Positions 42,933-53,305 of a stretch of 64,000 nt of DNA are shown here, piece after piece. Within the stretch, counting starts at the first letter, position 1. Each line of letters starts with the position of its first letter. The notes beneath the pieces were generated by a model that searched no databases, was not told the DNA's origin, and was given only the letters and a program-made list of their open reading frames with translations. The DNA comes from Hyphomicrobiales bacterium (lineage in GTDB: Bacteria; Pseudomonadota; Alphaproteobacteria; Rhizobiales; NORP267). The translations under genes were made by a program, and so were the position numbers. The stretch covers positions 44,171 to 108,170 of the forward strand of contig JAUYJB010000122.1 in the NCBI GenBank assembly GCA_030688605.1, written 5' to 3'.

Positions 42933-42983
42933 ATGCGCGCAAGGCTCATCGTGGTAGGACGGCGCATCACCGGGACGGCTTGA
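42933..42983 (+). promoter_or_regulatory. Candidate ilvIH leader peptide (16 codons, MRARLIVVGRRITGTA)
   Basis: An ATG with AAGGAG 16 nt upstream. It has a run of Leu-Ile-Val-Val codons plus a later Ile. It is followed by a 7-bp hairpin gacggct/agccgtc and then the terminator-like hairpin at 43015..43038, 130-180 nt upstream of ilvI. Confidence 0.4.
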
Positions 42984-43014
42984 ACAGAGCCGTCGCGAAC
43001 GGTGGTGCGCGCGC

Positions 43015-43038
43015 AGGGGCTTCTCGGGCCCCTTTTTT
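43015..43038 (+). terminator. Intrinsic terminator-like hairpin plus U-tract in the ilvI leader (candidate attenuator)
   Basis: aGGGGC-ttctcgg-GCCCCt followed by TTTTTT (43033..43038), located upstream of a gene rather than downstream of one. Confidence 0.45.
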
Positions 43039-43114
43039 GTTGCCCGAATTTCCGCTGGAAATGGGCCGGAAACCGGTCGAAAGTGGGAATGCCAGCAAAT
43101 CGACGGAGCGGACG

Positions 43115-44890
43115 ATGAAACGGCAAATGACAGGCGCTCAGATGGTCATCCAGGCCCTCGCCGACCAGGGCGTGCGCCACGTCTTCGGCTATCCCGGCGG
43201 CGCCGTGTTGCCGATCTATGACGAGTTGTGCCAGCAGGACAAGTTCGAGCACATCCTGGTGCGCCACGAGCAGGGCGCGGGCCACGCGGCGGAGGGCTAT
43301 GCCCGCTCGACCGGCAAGCCCGGCGTGGTGCTGGTCACCTCGGGTCCCGGCGCCACCAACATGGTGACGGCGCTGACCGACGCGCTGATGGATTCGGTGC
43401 CGATCGTCTGCATCACCGGCCAGGTGCCGACGCATTTGATCGGCAACGACGCCTTCCAGGAATGCGACACGGTCGGCATCACAAGGCCCTGCACCAAGCA
43501 CAATTGGCTGGTCCGCGACGTCAATGATCTTGCCCGCGTCATCCACGAGGCGTTCTATATCGCCACCTCGGGACGGCCCGGGCCGGTTGTCGTCGACATC
43601 CCCAAGGACGTGCAGTTCGCGACCGGCACCTATCGCGGGCCGAGCGGCAACGGGCGCAGCAGCTATCGGGGCTACGCGCCGAAGATGAAAGGCGACATGA
43701 ATGCGATCCGCGCCGCGGTCGACCTCATCGCCAGGGCCAAGAAGCCGGTCTTCTATACCGGCGGCGGGGTCATCAATTCAGGCACCGAGGCGTGCCGTCT
43801 GCTGCGCGAGTTCGTGCGGCTGACCGGCTATCCGATCACCTCGACGCTGATGGGGCTCGGCGCGTATCCTGCCTCCGACAAGCAGTGGCTCGGCATGCTC
43901 GGCATGCACGGCACCTACGAAGCCAATTGGGCGATGCATGATTGCGACGTGATGATCTGCATCGGCGCGCGCTTCGACGACCGCATCACCGGCCGGCTCG
44001 ACGCCTTCTCGCCGGGCTCGACGAAGATCCATGTCGACATCGACCCCTCGTCGATCAACAAGAATGTCCGTGTCGATCTGCCGATCATCGGCGATGTCGG
44101 CCACGTGCTCGACGACATGCAGCGCGTCTGGCGCGACAGCCAGGCGGTGCCGGACAAGGCGGCGCTGAAGGCGTGGTGGAAACAGATCGACCATTGGCGC
44201 AAGCGCGACTGCCTGAGATACCGCCAGCCCAGGGACGTCATCATGCCGCAATTTGCGCTGCAGCGGCTCTACGAGGCGACCAAGGACCGCGACACCTACA
44301 TCACCACCGAAGTCGGCCAGCACCAGATGTGGGCGGCGCAGTTCTACCATCTGGAGGAGCCCAACCGCTGGATGACCTCCGGCGGGCTCGGCACAATGGG
44401 CTACGGGCTGCCGGCGGCGGTCGGCGTCCAGGTGGCGCATCCGGACAGCCTGGTCATCGACATTGCCGGCGATGCCTCGGTGCTGATGACCATGCAGGAG
44501 ATGTCGACGGCGGTTCAGTATAATCTGCCGATCAAGATCTTCATCCTCAACAACCAGTACATGGGCATGGTGCGCCAGTGGCAGCAGCTGCTGCACGGCA
44601 ACCGCCTGTCGCAGAGCTATATGGAATCGCTGCCCGACTTCGCGAAGCTCGCCGAGGCATACGGCGCCGTCGGCTTCCGCGCCGAGAAACCGGACGAGCT
44701 CGACGACGCCATCGCCGAGATGATCGCGGTGGATGCGCCGGTACTGTTCGACTGCCGGGTCGCGAATCTGGCCAACTGCTTCCCGATGATCCCGTCGGGC
44801 GAGGCGCACAACCGGATGCTGCTCGGCGAGGAGGCCGACGGGGAAGCGGTCGAAACCGCGATCGGCGAAAAGGGAAAGGCGCTGGTATGA
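43115..44890 (+). CDS. ilvI: Acetolactate synthase (AHAS) large subunit
   Basis: ORF 42869..44890 trimmed to the ATG at 43115: MKRQMTGAQMVIQALADQGVRHVFGYPGGAVLPIYDEL. ThDP motif GGLGTMGYGLPAAVG...NNQYMGMVRQWQ. Confidence 0.96.
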   Translation: MKRQMTGAQMVIQALADQGVRHVFGYPGGAVLPIYDELCQQDKFEHILVRHEQGAGHAAEGYARSTGKPGVVLVTSGPGATNMVTALTDALMDSVPIVCITGQVPTHLIGNDAFQECDTVGITRPCTKHNWLVRDVNDLARVIHEAFYIATSGRPGPVVVDIPKDVQFATGTYRGPSGNGRSSYRGYAPKMKGDMNAIRAAVDLIARAKKPVFYTGGGVINSGTEACRLLREFVRLTGYPITSTLMGLGAYPASDKQWLGMLGMHGTYEANWAMHDCDVMICIGARFDDRITGRLDAFSPGSTKIHVDIDPSSINKNVRVDLPIIGDVGHVLDDMQRVWRDSQAVPDKAALKAWWKQIDHWRKRDCLRYRQPRDVIMPQFALQRLYEATKDRDTYITTEVGQHQMWAAQFYHLEEPNRWMTSGGLGTMGYGLPAAVGVQVAHPDSLVIDIAGDASVLMTMQEMSTAVQYNLPIKIFILNNQYMGMVRQWQQLLHGNRLSQSYMESLPDFAKLAEAYGAVGFRAEKPDELDDAIAEMIAVDAPVLFDCRVANLANCFPMIPSGEAHNRMLLGEEADGEAVETAIGEKGKALV

Positions 44891-45459
44891 CCCAGGAAGC
44901 ACAGAAGCAAGACCGCCCGACGCAGCCGGCGTCCGCCTATTTCATGCAGCAGACAAGCGAGGTCGAAGAGCGCCACACGCTGTCGGTGCTGGTCGACAAT
45001 GAGCCCGGGGTGCTGGCCCGGGTCATCGGCCTGTTCTCCGGCCGCGGCTACAACATCGAGTCGCTGACCGTGTCGGAGACCGAGCATGAGAGGCATCTGT
45101 CGCGGATTACCATCGTCACCACGGGCACGCCGATGGTGCTGGAGCAGATCCGCAACCAGCTCGACCGGCTGGTGCCGGTGCACAAGGTGACGGACCTGAC
45201 CCGCGAGGGGTCGCCGCTCGAGCGCGAGCTGGCGCTGGTCAAGGTGCAGGGCACCGGCGAGGACCGGCTCGAGGCGCTGCGGCTCGCCGACGCCTTCAAG
45301 GCCGAAGTCGTCGACGCGACCCGGGAGCATTTCACCTTCGAGATGACCGGCCGCTCGGTCAAGATCGAGCAGTTCGTCTCGCTGATGCAGGGCCTCGGCC
45401 TGGTCGAGGTGGCCCGAACGGGCGTCGCCGCGGTGCGCCGCGGCCCGGAGCCGATGTAG
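44887..45459 (+). CDS. ilvH: Acetolactate synthase small (regulatory) subunit
   Basis: Internal ATG (overlapping the ilvI stop) of ORF 44578..45459. ACT domain HTLSVLVDNEPGVLARVIGLFSGRGYNIESLTV. Confidence 0.95.
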   Translation: MTQEAQKQDRPTQPASAYFMQQTSEVEERHTLSVLVDNEPGVLARVIGLFSGRGYNIESLTVSETEHERHLSRITIVTTGTPMVLEQIRNQLDRLVPVHKVTDLTREGSPLERELALVKVQGTGEDRLEALRLADAFKAEVVDATREHFTFEMTGRSVKIEQFVSLMQGLGLVEVARTGVAAVRRGPEPM

Positions 45460-45523
45460 TGCATATTCCGCAAAAGTGGGAACCGGTCTTGCGAAAAGAA
45501 TATGCTCAAACAAATAGATAGGA
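45457..45523. repeat. ~67-bp intergenic repeat/hairpin element, copy 2; begins at the ilvH stop codon
   Basis: tagtgcatattccgcaaaagtgggaaccggtcttgcgaaaagaatatgctcaaacaaatagatagga; see copy 1 at 29091. Confidence 0.8.
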
Positions 45524-45568
45524 GCGGCGCTCGATGCCGTTAGAATGGATCTCGCTTTAGGACCAGCC

Positions 45569-46321
45569 ATGCCGACGCATCTTTCCGTCAATCTCAACGC
45601 GGTCGCCATGCTGCGCAACCGGCGCGACCTGCCGTGGCCGAGCGTCGTTGGGCTCGGGCGCGCGGCACTTGAAGCCGGCGCCCACGGGCTCACCGCGCAT
45701 CCGCGGCCCGACGAGCGGCATATCCGCGCCAGCGACGTGGCGAAGCTCGCCAAGCTGATCGTCGCCGAGTTCCCAAAGCGCGAGCTGAACATCGAGGGCT
45801 ATCCCGACAAACGCTTCCTCGACATCGTGGCGGAGGCCGAGCCCGATCAGGCCACCCTGGTGCCCGACGAGCCGGGCCAGGCGACCTCCGATCACGGCTG
45901 GGACGTGGCGGGAAACCGCGCGCTCATCGAAGACGCCATCGACCGGTTGAGGTCGCTCGGCGTGCGGGTCTCGCTGTTCATCGATGCCGAGCCCGAGGCG
46001 GCGCGGGCGGCCGCCGACATCGGCGCCGACCGGGTCGAGCTCTATACCGGGCCCTATGGCGCGGCCCACGACGATCCGGCGCGCGCGAAAGGCGAACTCG
46101 AACGGCTCGGCACGGCCGCCGAGGCCGCCCGCGCGGCGAAGCTCGGCGTCAATGCCGGCCACGACCTGACGCTCGCCAACCTGCCGCCGCTCGTCGCCCG
46201 CATCCCCTTCATCGCCGAGGTCTCGATCGGCCACGGGCTGACCGCCGACGCGCTGACCTACGGCATGGCGGAGGCCGTGCGCCGCTATCTCGCCGCCGCC
46301 GGCAATCCGGTCGCGGTCTAA
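45569..46321 (+). CDS. pdxJ: Pyridoxine 5'-phosphate synthase
   Basis: ORF 45545..46321. The start at 45569 gives [26 protein letters not shown]...[14 protein letters not shown], the PdxJ pattern. Confidence 0.93.
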   Translation: MPTHLSVNLNAVAMLRNRRDLPWPSVVGLGRAALEAGAHGLTAHPRPDERHIRASDVAKLAKLIVAEFPKRELNIEGYPDKRFLDIVAEAEPDQATLVPDEPGQATSDHGWDVAGNRALIEDAIDRLRSLGVRVSLFIDAEPEAARAAADIGADRVELYTGPYGAAHDDPARAKGELERLGTAAEAARAAKLGVNAGHDLTLANLPPLVARIPFIAEVSIGHGLTADALTYGMAEAVRRYLAAAGNPVAV

Positions 46322-46692
46322 GCCGCGTCCGCGCCGCGATAGAAAATAACGGCGAAAAGCAGTGTCGAAAGGAGGATCAGAAAGGAGCCGATGATCGCCA
46401 CGGTGTCCTGTGCCGCGGGGCTGTGGGCGATATAGATGCCGATGACGAAGATCACGAGGCTGACATTGTGGGCCCAGAAATGCCAAGTCGAAAGCGGCGA
46501 TTGGCGCAATGCCGGCCAGGCGCGGTGGATCAGGCCGAACAGCGTCATCAGCGCGAAGCCGGCGAGATTTGCGTGCGCGTGTACCGGCGTGTATTCGAAG
46601 GACTGGCCAATACCCATCCAGATGCCGAACGCCATGCCGGCGATGAGATAGATTAGCGCGATGCGAATGAACAATGTGTCGATGCGAGCCAT
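46318..46692 (-). CDS. Hypothetical four-TM membrane protein
   Basis: ORF 46318..46770 trimmed to [27 protein letters not shown]... Hydrophobic throughout, with several conserved-looking His residues ([14 protein letters not shown]). No family recognised with confidence. Confidence 0.55.
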   Translation of the reverse strand: MARIDTLFIRIALIYLIAGMAFGIWMGIGQSFEYTPVHAHANLAGFALMTLFGLIHRAWPALRQSPLSTWHFWAHNVSLVIFVIGIYIAHSPAAQDTVAIIGSFLILLSTLLFAVIFYRGADAA

Positions 46693-46869
46693 TGGGTTCC
46701 CTCCCGAAACATCAGCCCCGCGCCAGGGCGCGGGGTGCGGCAATCTGGACCGATTCCAAATCGGAGGCAAGGATGGCCGCCAACCCCTTCACGGGGCCGC
46801 CGGACCGGCCTATAAGCCGTGCGAGCCATGTTTCTAGGCGCGTTTTCGCGTCACCAGCCGAGGGAATGA

Positions 46870-47978
<1,109 letters not shown>

Positions 47979-47983
47979 GCCGG

Positions 47984-48268
47984 CTAATGCCCCCGTTTTT
48001 GCTGCCTTATGGGCCGCGGCGGGGCGGTGAAGCGGACGCCGATGTCGGTCGAGTCCCGCCAGATGGTCTCGGCCGAATAGAGCCGCTTCTCCTGCTTGAC
48101 CAGCACCTCGAACTGGTCGGGGACCAAATTCGTCGATTCGAGGACGACGCGGGCGCCGATCTTGGTCAGATTGCGCACGGTGCAATCGACCGACGAACGT
48201 CCCTTGTTGAAGAATATGATGGCGCCCTTGAGGACGCGCTGGCGCGGCTGCTGCCGTCTTTCCCGCAT
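47984..48268 (-). CDS. Single-domain PilZ protein (putative c-di-GMP receptor)
   Basis: 94 aa. RRQQPRQR (RxxxR) near the N-terminus and NLTKIGA (D/NxS/TxxG) about 20 residues later. Confidence 0.65.
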   Translation of the reverse strand: MRERRQQPRQRVLKGAIIFFNKGRSSVDCTVRNLTKIGARVVLESTNLVPDQFEVLVKQEKRLYSAETIWRDSTDIGVRFTAPPRPIRQQKRGH

Positions 48269-48434
48269 TGCCTCTGATCCTGTTATTTTCAGCGCCGATT
48301 ATGGCGCCCACAGTCAAACAATTTGTTAACGTTTACACAGCACCACTGCCCCGGCGTCTTTACAGGGCCGGTCTTTCTCGGCCCTAATCCCGCCGGCCTG
48401 AGGGCGGCGACCTGGGTTCGGCGATTGAGGAGAC

Positions 48435-49355
48435 ATGCACCGCTTCTTTACGCTCGATGTGTTCACCGACACGCCGCTTGCCGGCAATCCGCTGGCCGTG
48501 GTGCTCGACGCCGACGATCTCGACAAGGCGGCGATGCAGGCGATCGCGCGAGAGTTCAACCTGTCGGAGACGGTGTTTTTGCTGAAAGCCGCGCAGGCGA
48601 ACCACAATGCCCGCGCGCGGATCTTCACGCCGGTGCGCGAGCTGCCCTTCGCCGGCCACCCGACCGTCGGCGCCGCGGTGCTGCTCGCCAACCTCAAAAT
48701 CAACGACGGCGGGGAAGGCGAACAGAGCGAGCACGACGCCATGGTCGTCATCGAGCAGGAGATCGGCCTGGTGCGCGCCGGCGTGCGGCTGAGGCCGGGG
48801 GCGGCGCCGTTTGCCGTGTTCGACGCGCCGAAGCTGCCGGAGGAGGCGGGCACGGTGCCGTCCGCGGAGGATCTTGCCCACGGCATCGGCCTGATGCCCT
48901 CCGATGTCGGCTTCGACAACCACAAGCCGATGCGGGCGAGCGCCGGGGTCGCCTACGTGTTCCTGCCGGTCAAGAACCGCGAGGCGCTGGCGCGCTGCCA
49001 GTCCAACCGCATCTTCTGGGATAGCATCTTCGGCGACGACGATCACGGCGCCGTCTATGTCTATTGCCGCGACACGGAAGACGAGGCCCATGCGTTCCGC
49101 GCCCGCATGTTCTCGCCCGGCCTGGGGCTCGACGAAGACCCGGCGACGGGCTCCGCGGCGGCCGCCTTCGCCTGCATCGTCGCCCGCTTCGAGCCGCTCG
49201 GCGACGGCACCCACACGCTGATCATCGAGCAGGGCTATGAGATGGGCCGGCCGAGCCAGATCATGCTCGAAGTCGAGCTCGCCGGCGGCAAGCTCATCAG
49301 TGCCCGCATCGGCGGCCATGCGGTGATCGTCCAGGAGGGAACGATTGAACTTTAG
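48435..49355 (+). CDS. PhzF-family isomerase/epimerase-like protein
   Basis: 306 aa. MHRFFTLDVFTDTPLAGNPLAVVLDADDLDKAAMQAIAREFNLSETVF is the PhzF-family N-terminal pattern. Confidence 0.85.
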   Translation: MHRFFTLDVFTDTPLAGNPLAVVLDADDLDKAAMQAIAREFNLSETVFLLKAAQANHNARARIFTPVRELPFAGHPTVGAAVLLANLKINDGGEGEQSEHDAMVVIEQEIGLVRAGVRLRPGAAPFAVFDAPKLPEEAGTVPSAEDLAHGIGLMPSDVGFDNHKPMRASAGVAYVFLPVKNREALARCQSNRIFWDSIFGDDDHGAVYVYCRDTEDEAHAFRARMFSPGLGLDEDPATGSAAAAFACIVARFEPLGDGTHTLIIEQGYEMGRPSQIMLEVELAGGKLISARIGGHAVIVQEGTIEL

Positions 49356-49360
49356 GAGGG

Positions 49361-49385
49361 CGGCCCGGCCGCGGCGGCCGGGCCG
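49361..49385. terminator. GC-rich 10-bp hairpin between the convergent phzF-family gene and small-protein gene A
   Basis: cggcccggcc-gcggc-ggccgggccg. No U-tract. Confidence 0.45.
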
Positions 49386-49393
49386 GATTGCCT

Positions 49394-49639
49394 CTAGTTG
49401 ATCCCGAGGATCTGCTTTGCCTGCTCGAGTGTGGCGACTGCCGCCTCGTCGTTTCCGGCATTGTGCTGCTCTTCGCTCGCGGTGCGAAGCTCCATCACCT
49501 TGGCCTTGTCGGCGTCGGAGAGCTGAGCGCTCTGCAGCGCCACGTCGACCTTGGCGATGTCGTCGGAATAATTGTCCGCATAGACCGGGCCGGCAAGTAG
49601 CGCCAGGGCCGCGGCGGCGAAAAGTGTCTTACGGATCAT
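49394..49639 (-). CDS. Small secreted protein, paralogue A (81 aa)
   Basis: MIRKTLFAAAALALLAGPVYA|DNYSDDIAKVDVALQSAQLSDADKAKVMELRTASEEQHNAGNDEAAVATLEQAKQILGIN. Signal peptide with a VYA cleavage site and RBS GAGGAGG. No family recognised. Confidence 0.7.
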   Translation of the reverse strand: MIRKTLFAAAALALLAGPVYADNYSDDIAKVDVALQSAQLSDADKAKVMELRTASEEQHNAGNDEAAVATLEQAKQILGIN

Positions 49640-49840
49640 TTGACGGTCCTCCTCGATTGATGTGGTCGTGGGGTGCGATCGGGATGTTGGCGCCTGAGCG
49701 CCGACGAAGGTTCGTTCCCGAACGGTCAGAGAGTGGATTTTGAATGCGGCGGATTGTCGTTCGAATTGGACAATTTAAAAGGAATTAATAGGGCGATTGC
49801 GTGATGTCCGCAGCGCACCCCCGGGTCTCGCCTCGGGGGG

Positions 49841-49865
49841 CGGCCCGGCCGGGGAGGCCGGGCCG
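49841..49865. terminator. Second copy of the GC-rich hairpin, downstream of paralogue B
   Basis: cggcccggcc-gggga-ggccgggccg. Confidence 0.45.
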
Positions 49866-49873
49866 GATTGCAT

Positions 49874-50119
49874 CTAGTTGATGCCGAGGATCTGCATGGC
49901 CTCGGCGAGCGTGGCCACCGCCGCGTCATGGTCGCCGGCATTGTGCTGCTCCTCGCCAGTGGCGCGAAGCTCCGTCACCTTGGCCTTGTCGGCGTCGGAG
50001 AGCTGAGCGTTCGGCAGCGCCGCGTCGATCTTGGCCATGTCTTGCGGGCAATGGAAGGCGTAAGCCGGGCCGGTGAGAAACGCGAGGGCGGCGGCGGCGA
50101 ACAGGGTCTTGCGGATCAT
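49874..50119 (-). CDS. Small secreted protein, paralogue B (81 aa)
   Basis: MIRKTLFAAAALAFLTGPAYA|FHCPQDMAKIDAALPNAQLSDADKAKVTELRATGEEQHNAGDHDAAVATLAEAMQILGIN. 58/81 residues identical to paralogue A by manual alignment. Confidence 0.7.
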   Translation of the reverse strand: MIRKTLFAAAALAFLTGPAYAFHCPQDMAKIDAALPNAQLSDADKAKVTELRATGEEQHNAGDHDAAVATLAEAMQILGIN

Positions 50120-50620
50120 CGATCAATCCTCTTCATTGAATGCGGTTGTGGGGTGCGATCGGGATGCTGGCGTCGGACCGCCAGAGAAGACTCATCCTCG
50201 AAGCGCCGCAGGTTCGATTGCGATTGCGGCTTATTGTTGTCTGAATTGGTCAAATTAAAAGGTGCCCCCGTGACCAATGTGTGCCGTCATCCGCACCGGG
50301 GTCAACACCCGCTTTACGTTCGCCGGGCAAAGCTGTAGATAGAAAACGGCCCAAGAACGGCAACGGCAGCCATGACCGTCGAGATGAGCAACAGAGCGAG
50401 CTTCACCGGCGCCCCGCGCTTGAACGCGGCGGCGGGCGCTTGCCTGGCGGCCGGCCGGCGGCATCTCCTCGCGACCAGCGCGCTCCTCCTTACCAGCCCC
50501 TAGGCGCTGGCAGCCTGGCGATTGGCCGGGCGGGTCCCTAGGGGAACGGCCTTCACCGCATGTTAAGGATACGATGCCGGGAATCGCTTGAGCGACCGGC
50601 GCGCGATAGGAAGAGCACCC

Positions 50621-52210
50621 ATGACCAGACCGAAACCAGGCGGTAACGGCGCCGCGGACAAGAGCAAGGCGCACAAGGAGCGCGTTTTCATCTTCGACAC
50701 GACGCTGCGCGACGGCGAGCAATGTCCCGGCGCGACCATGACGCTGAACGAGAAGCTGCAGGTCGCCGACCTGCTCGACGAAATGGGCGTCGACATCATC
50801 GAAGCCGGCTTTCCGATCGCCTCCAACGGCGATTTCGAGGCGGTGAGCCTGGTCGCCGAGCGGGTCGAGAACGCCACCGTCGCCGGCCTCGCCCGGGCGG
50901 GGAACAAGGACATCGACCGCTGCGCGGAGGCCGTCAAGAAGGCGCGCAAGCCGCGCATCCACACCTTCATCTCCACTTCCCCGGTGCACATGAAGTGGAA
51001 GCTTCAGATGGAGCCGGAACAGGTCTACGAGATGGTCATCGCCTCGGTCACGCGGGCGCGCAATCATGTCGAGGACGTGGAGTGGAGTTGCGAGGACGGC
51101 ACCCGCACCGATTTCGACTTCATGTGCCGCTGCGTCGAGGCGGCGATCAAGGCGGGTGCTTCCACCATCAACATCCCGGACACGGTCGGCTATACGGCGC
51201 CGGAGGAGTTCGCGGCGCTGATCCGGCGCGTGCGCGAGAAGGTGCCGAACTCCGACAAGGCGATCTTCTCGGTGCATTGCCACGACGATCTCGGCATGGC
51301 GGTGGCGAATTCCTTGGCCGGCGTCTCCGCCGGCGCCCGGCAGATCGAGTGCACCGTCAACGGCATCGGCGAGCGAGCCGGCAACGCGGCGCTGGAGGAG
51401 GTCGTCATGGCAATGAAGACCCGCGGCGACATCTTCCCGTTTACGACCGGCATCGACGCGACCATGCTGACGCGGGCCTCCAAGCTCGTCGCCGCCGTCA
51501 CCTCCTTCCCGGTCCAGTACAACAAGGCGATCGTCGGGCGGAACGCCTTCGCCCACGAGAGCGGCATCCACCAGGACGGCATGCTCAAGCACAACCAGAC
51601 CTACGAGATCATGACGCCGGAATCGGTCGGCGTGTCGAAAACCTCGCTGGTCATGGGCAAGCATTCGGGCCGCAACGCCTTCAGGGACAAGCTGAAGCAG
51701 CTCGGCTACGTGCTCGCCGACAATCAGCTCGAGGACGCCTTCGTCCGCTTCAAGGAGTTGGCGGACAAGAAGAAGCACGTCTATGACGAGGATATCGAGG
51801 CGCTGGTCGACGAGAAGCTGGCGACCGCCGAGGACCGCATGAAGGTGCTCTCGCTCCTGGTCGTCGCCGGCACCATGGGGCCGCAATCGGCGACCCTGAC
51901 GCTCGACGTCGATGGCGAGCACAAGACGGTTCAGGCCACCGGCAACGGGCCGGTCGACGCGACCTTCAACGCGATTCAAGCGCTGGTGCCGCACGAGGCG
52001 CGGCTGGAGCTCTATCAGGTGCACGCGGTGACCGAGGGCACCGATGCCCAGGCCGAGGTCTCGGTGCACCTCGGCGTCAACGACCGGACCTTCGCCGGCC
52101 GCGCCGCGCATCCCGATACCCTGGTCGCCTCGGCCAAGGCCTATCTGGTGGCGCTCAACAAGCTGATGGCCCGCCGCGACCGGCTGCACGCCCAGCACGC
52201 CGCGGAGTAG
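50621..52210 (+). CDS. leuA: 2-isopropylmalate synthase
   Basis: ORF 50588..52210 (TTG). The ATG at 50621 gives MTRPKPGG...ERVFIFDTTLRDGEQCPGATMT. HxH motif VHCHDDLGMAVANS. Confidence 0.96.
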   Translation: MTRPKPGGNGAADKSKAHKERVFIFDTTLRDGEQCPGATMTLNEKLQVADLLDEMGVDIIEAGFPIASNGDFEAVSLVAERVENATVAGLARAGNKDIDRCAEAVKKARKPRIHTFISTSPVHMKWKLQMEPEQVYEMVIASVTRARNHVEDVEWSCEDGTRTDFDFMCRCVEAAIKAGASTINIPDTVGYTAPEEFAALIRRVREKVPNSDKAIFSVHCHDDLGMAVANSLAGVSAGARQIECTVNGIGERAGNAALEEVVMAMKTRGDIFPFTTGIDATMLTRASKLVAAVTSFPVQYNKAIVGRNAFAHESGIHQDGMLKHNQTYEIMTPESVGVSKTSLVMGKHSGRNAFRDKLKQLGYVLADNQLEDAFVRFKELADKKKHVYDEDIEALVDEKLATAEDRMKVLSLLVVAGTMGPQSATLTLDVDGEHKTVQATGNGPVDATFNAIQALVPHEARLELYQVHAVTEGTDAQAEVSVHLGVNDRTFAGRAAHPDTLVASAKAYLVALNKLMARRDRLHAQHAAE

Positions 52211-52273
52211 GGCGGGAATAGAGCTGCTTCTCGAAGCGATCCGGGAACGGGCCGTCCGGCGGGCCGGCCCTAC

Positions 52274-52726
52274 CTATCCGTGGCGCCAGCGCAGAAGATG
52301 GCTTGGGCATTGGCGGCAATCGCTGGAGCCAAAGCGGGGAAGGGGCACGGTGAAGGCGCCGCAATCGAGAAGCGCGGACAGCAGCGCGCACTCGTCGGCC
52401 TCGGGATAGGCGAGGGCAAGCAGAGTCGCTGCGGCCGGCGTCAGCCGGTCGATATGCCAGTGGACCGGCTTGTCGGCCTTCAGATGCCGGGCGATGCGCG
52501 CGCGCATGCCGCCCGGGCCACGGGCGCTGCCGGCATAGGCGTACCAGCCAGGCGGCAGAATGCCGGCGGCAAGCCTCGGAATGTCCACGGCAAGCGGCCG
52601 GTCAAGACGCACCAAGAGCAGGTATGCGCCCCCCGCCGCCGGAACGGATTCGGCCGCGCCGAGCACCGCATAGGCCGCCGGCGCGGGAAGGGATGCGCGG
52701 AGATTGGGCGGCAGAGCCTGTCGCAT
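52274..52726 (-). CDS. DUF123 protein (GIY-YIG/URI nuclease superfamily)
   Basis: ORF 52274..52795 trimmed to Met at 52726. GAYLLLVRL...GWYAYAGSARGPGGMRARIARHL...KPVHWHIDRL matches the GxYxYxGSA...RxxRH...HWHID pattern of DUF123. Confidence 0.65.
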   Translation of the reverse strand: MRQALPPNLRASLPAPAAYAVLGAAESVPAAGGAYLLLVRLDRPLAVDIPRLAAGILPPGWYAYAGSARGPGGMRARIARHLKADKPVHWHIDRLTPAAATLLALAYPEADECALLSALLDCGAFTVPLPRFGSSDCRQCPSHLLRWRHG

Positions 52727-52905
52727 GGGGGATAGCCTAGCGGTTCGGGGCGCATCTGTCGCGGAATGGGCCGAGACATGGCCTTTCCCATCCATAAGCC
52801 TGCGCCTATATGTGGAAAAGCGCGCTCCGGCCGACGCTCTGGACTTGCCAGGGGGCGTTTGCTAGACGGGGCGCAACCGCGGATGGGGTTAAGCCATAGG
52901 CGGAC

Positions 52906-52981
<76 letters not shown>

Positions 52982-53143
52982 ATCTTTTCAAAGGGTTAGG
53001 TGGATTCTCGGAATCCCGGAATGGGCTCTGTAAGCGCAAGGCAAGCGCATCGCGCCAAATCCGAGACCGATACGCGCCGGCTTGCCGCATAATGCCGATA
53101 CGGCTAGCTTTCACGAATTCTCGCGACGACGCCGGAGGAGGCC

Positions 53144-53305
53144 ATGACCCACGGTCTGCCTGTCCGCAACGCTGTTCCGTTCACGCTGACGATCCTTCTA
53201 TTGCCGCCGATCGCCGGCGGCGAAGAGGCCCGGCAGAGCGTCGCGAACGCTCCTTTGGACGGCATGGCCTCCGCCGAGGCACGCCCGGAAGATCGCGGAT
53301 CATGA
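53144..53305 (+). CDS. Possible small ORF (53 aa) translationally coupled to the downstream membrane protein
   Basis: The ATG at 53144 is preceded by GGAGGAG. MTHGLPVRNAVPFTLTILLLPPIAGGEEARQS... The stop overlaps the next ATG (ATGA at 53302..53305). Too short for the ORF track and no homology recognised. Confidence 0.3.
   Translation: MTHGLPVRNAVPFTLTILLLPPIAGGEEARQSVANAPLDGMASAEARPEDRGS

Larger units (their letters stand above)
49356..50290. repeat. Tandem duplication, period 480 bp (unit = terminator hairpin + 81-codon gene + ~170-bp upstream region)
   Basis: Gene starts, stops and hairpins are all offset by exactly 480 bp. Conserved upstream blocks gtggggtgcgatcgggatg(t/c)tggcg and gaattgg(a/t)caa(t/a)ttaaaagg occur in both units. 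Confidence 0.85.

Noticed and set aside
49770-49800. CtrA-box-like TTAA...TTAA in the upstream region of small-protein gene A
   Set aside because: The spacing is N6 rather than the N7 of the CtrA consensus, and the second TTAA is missing in the duplicated unit B.
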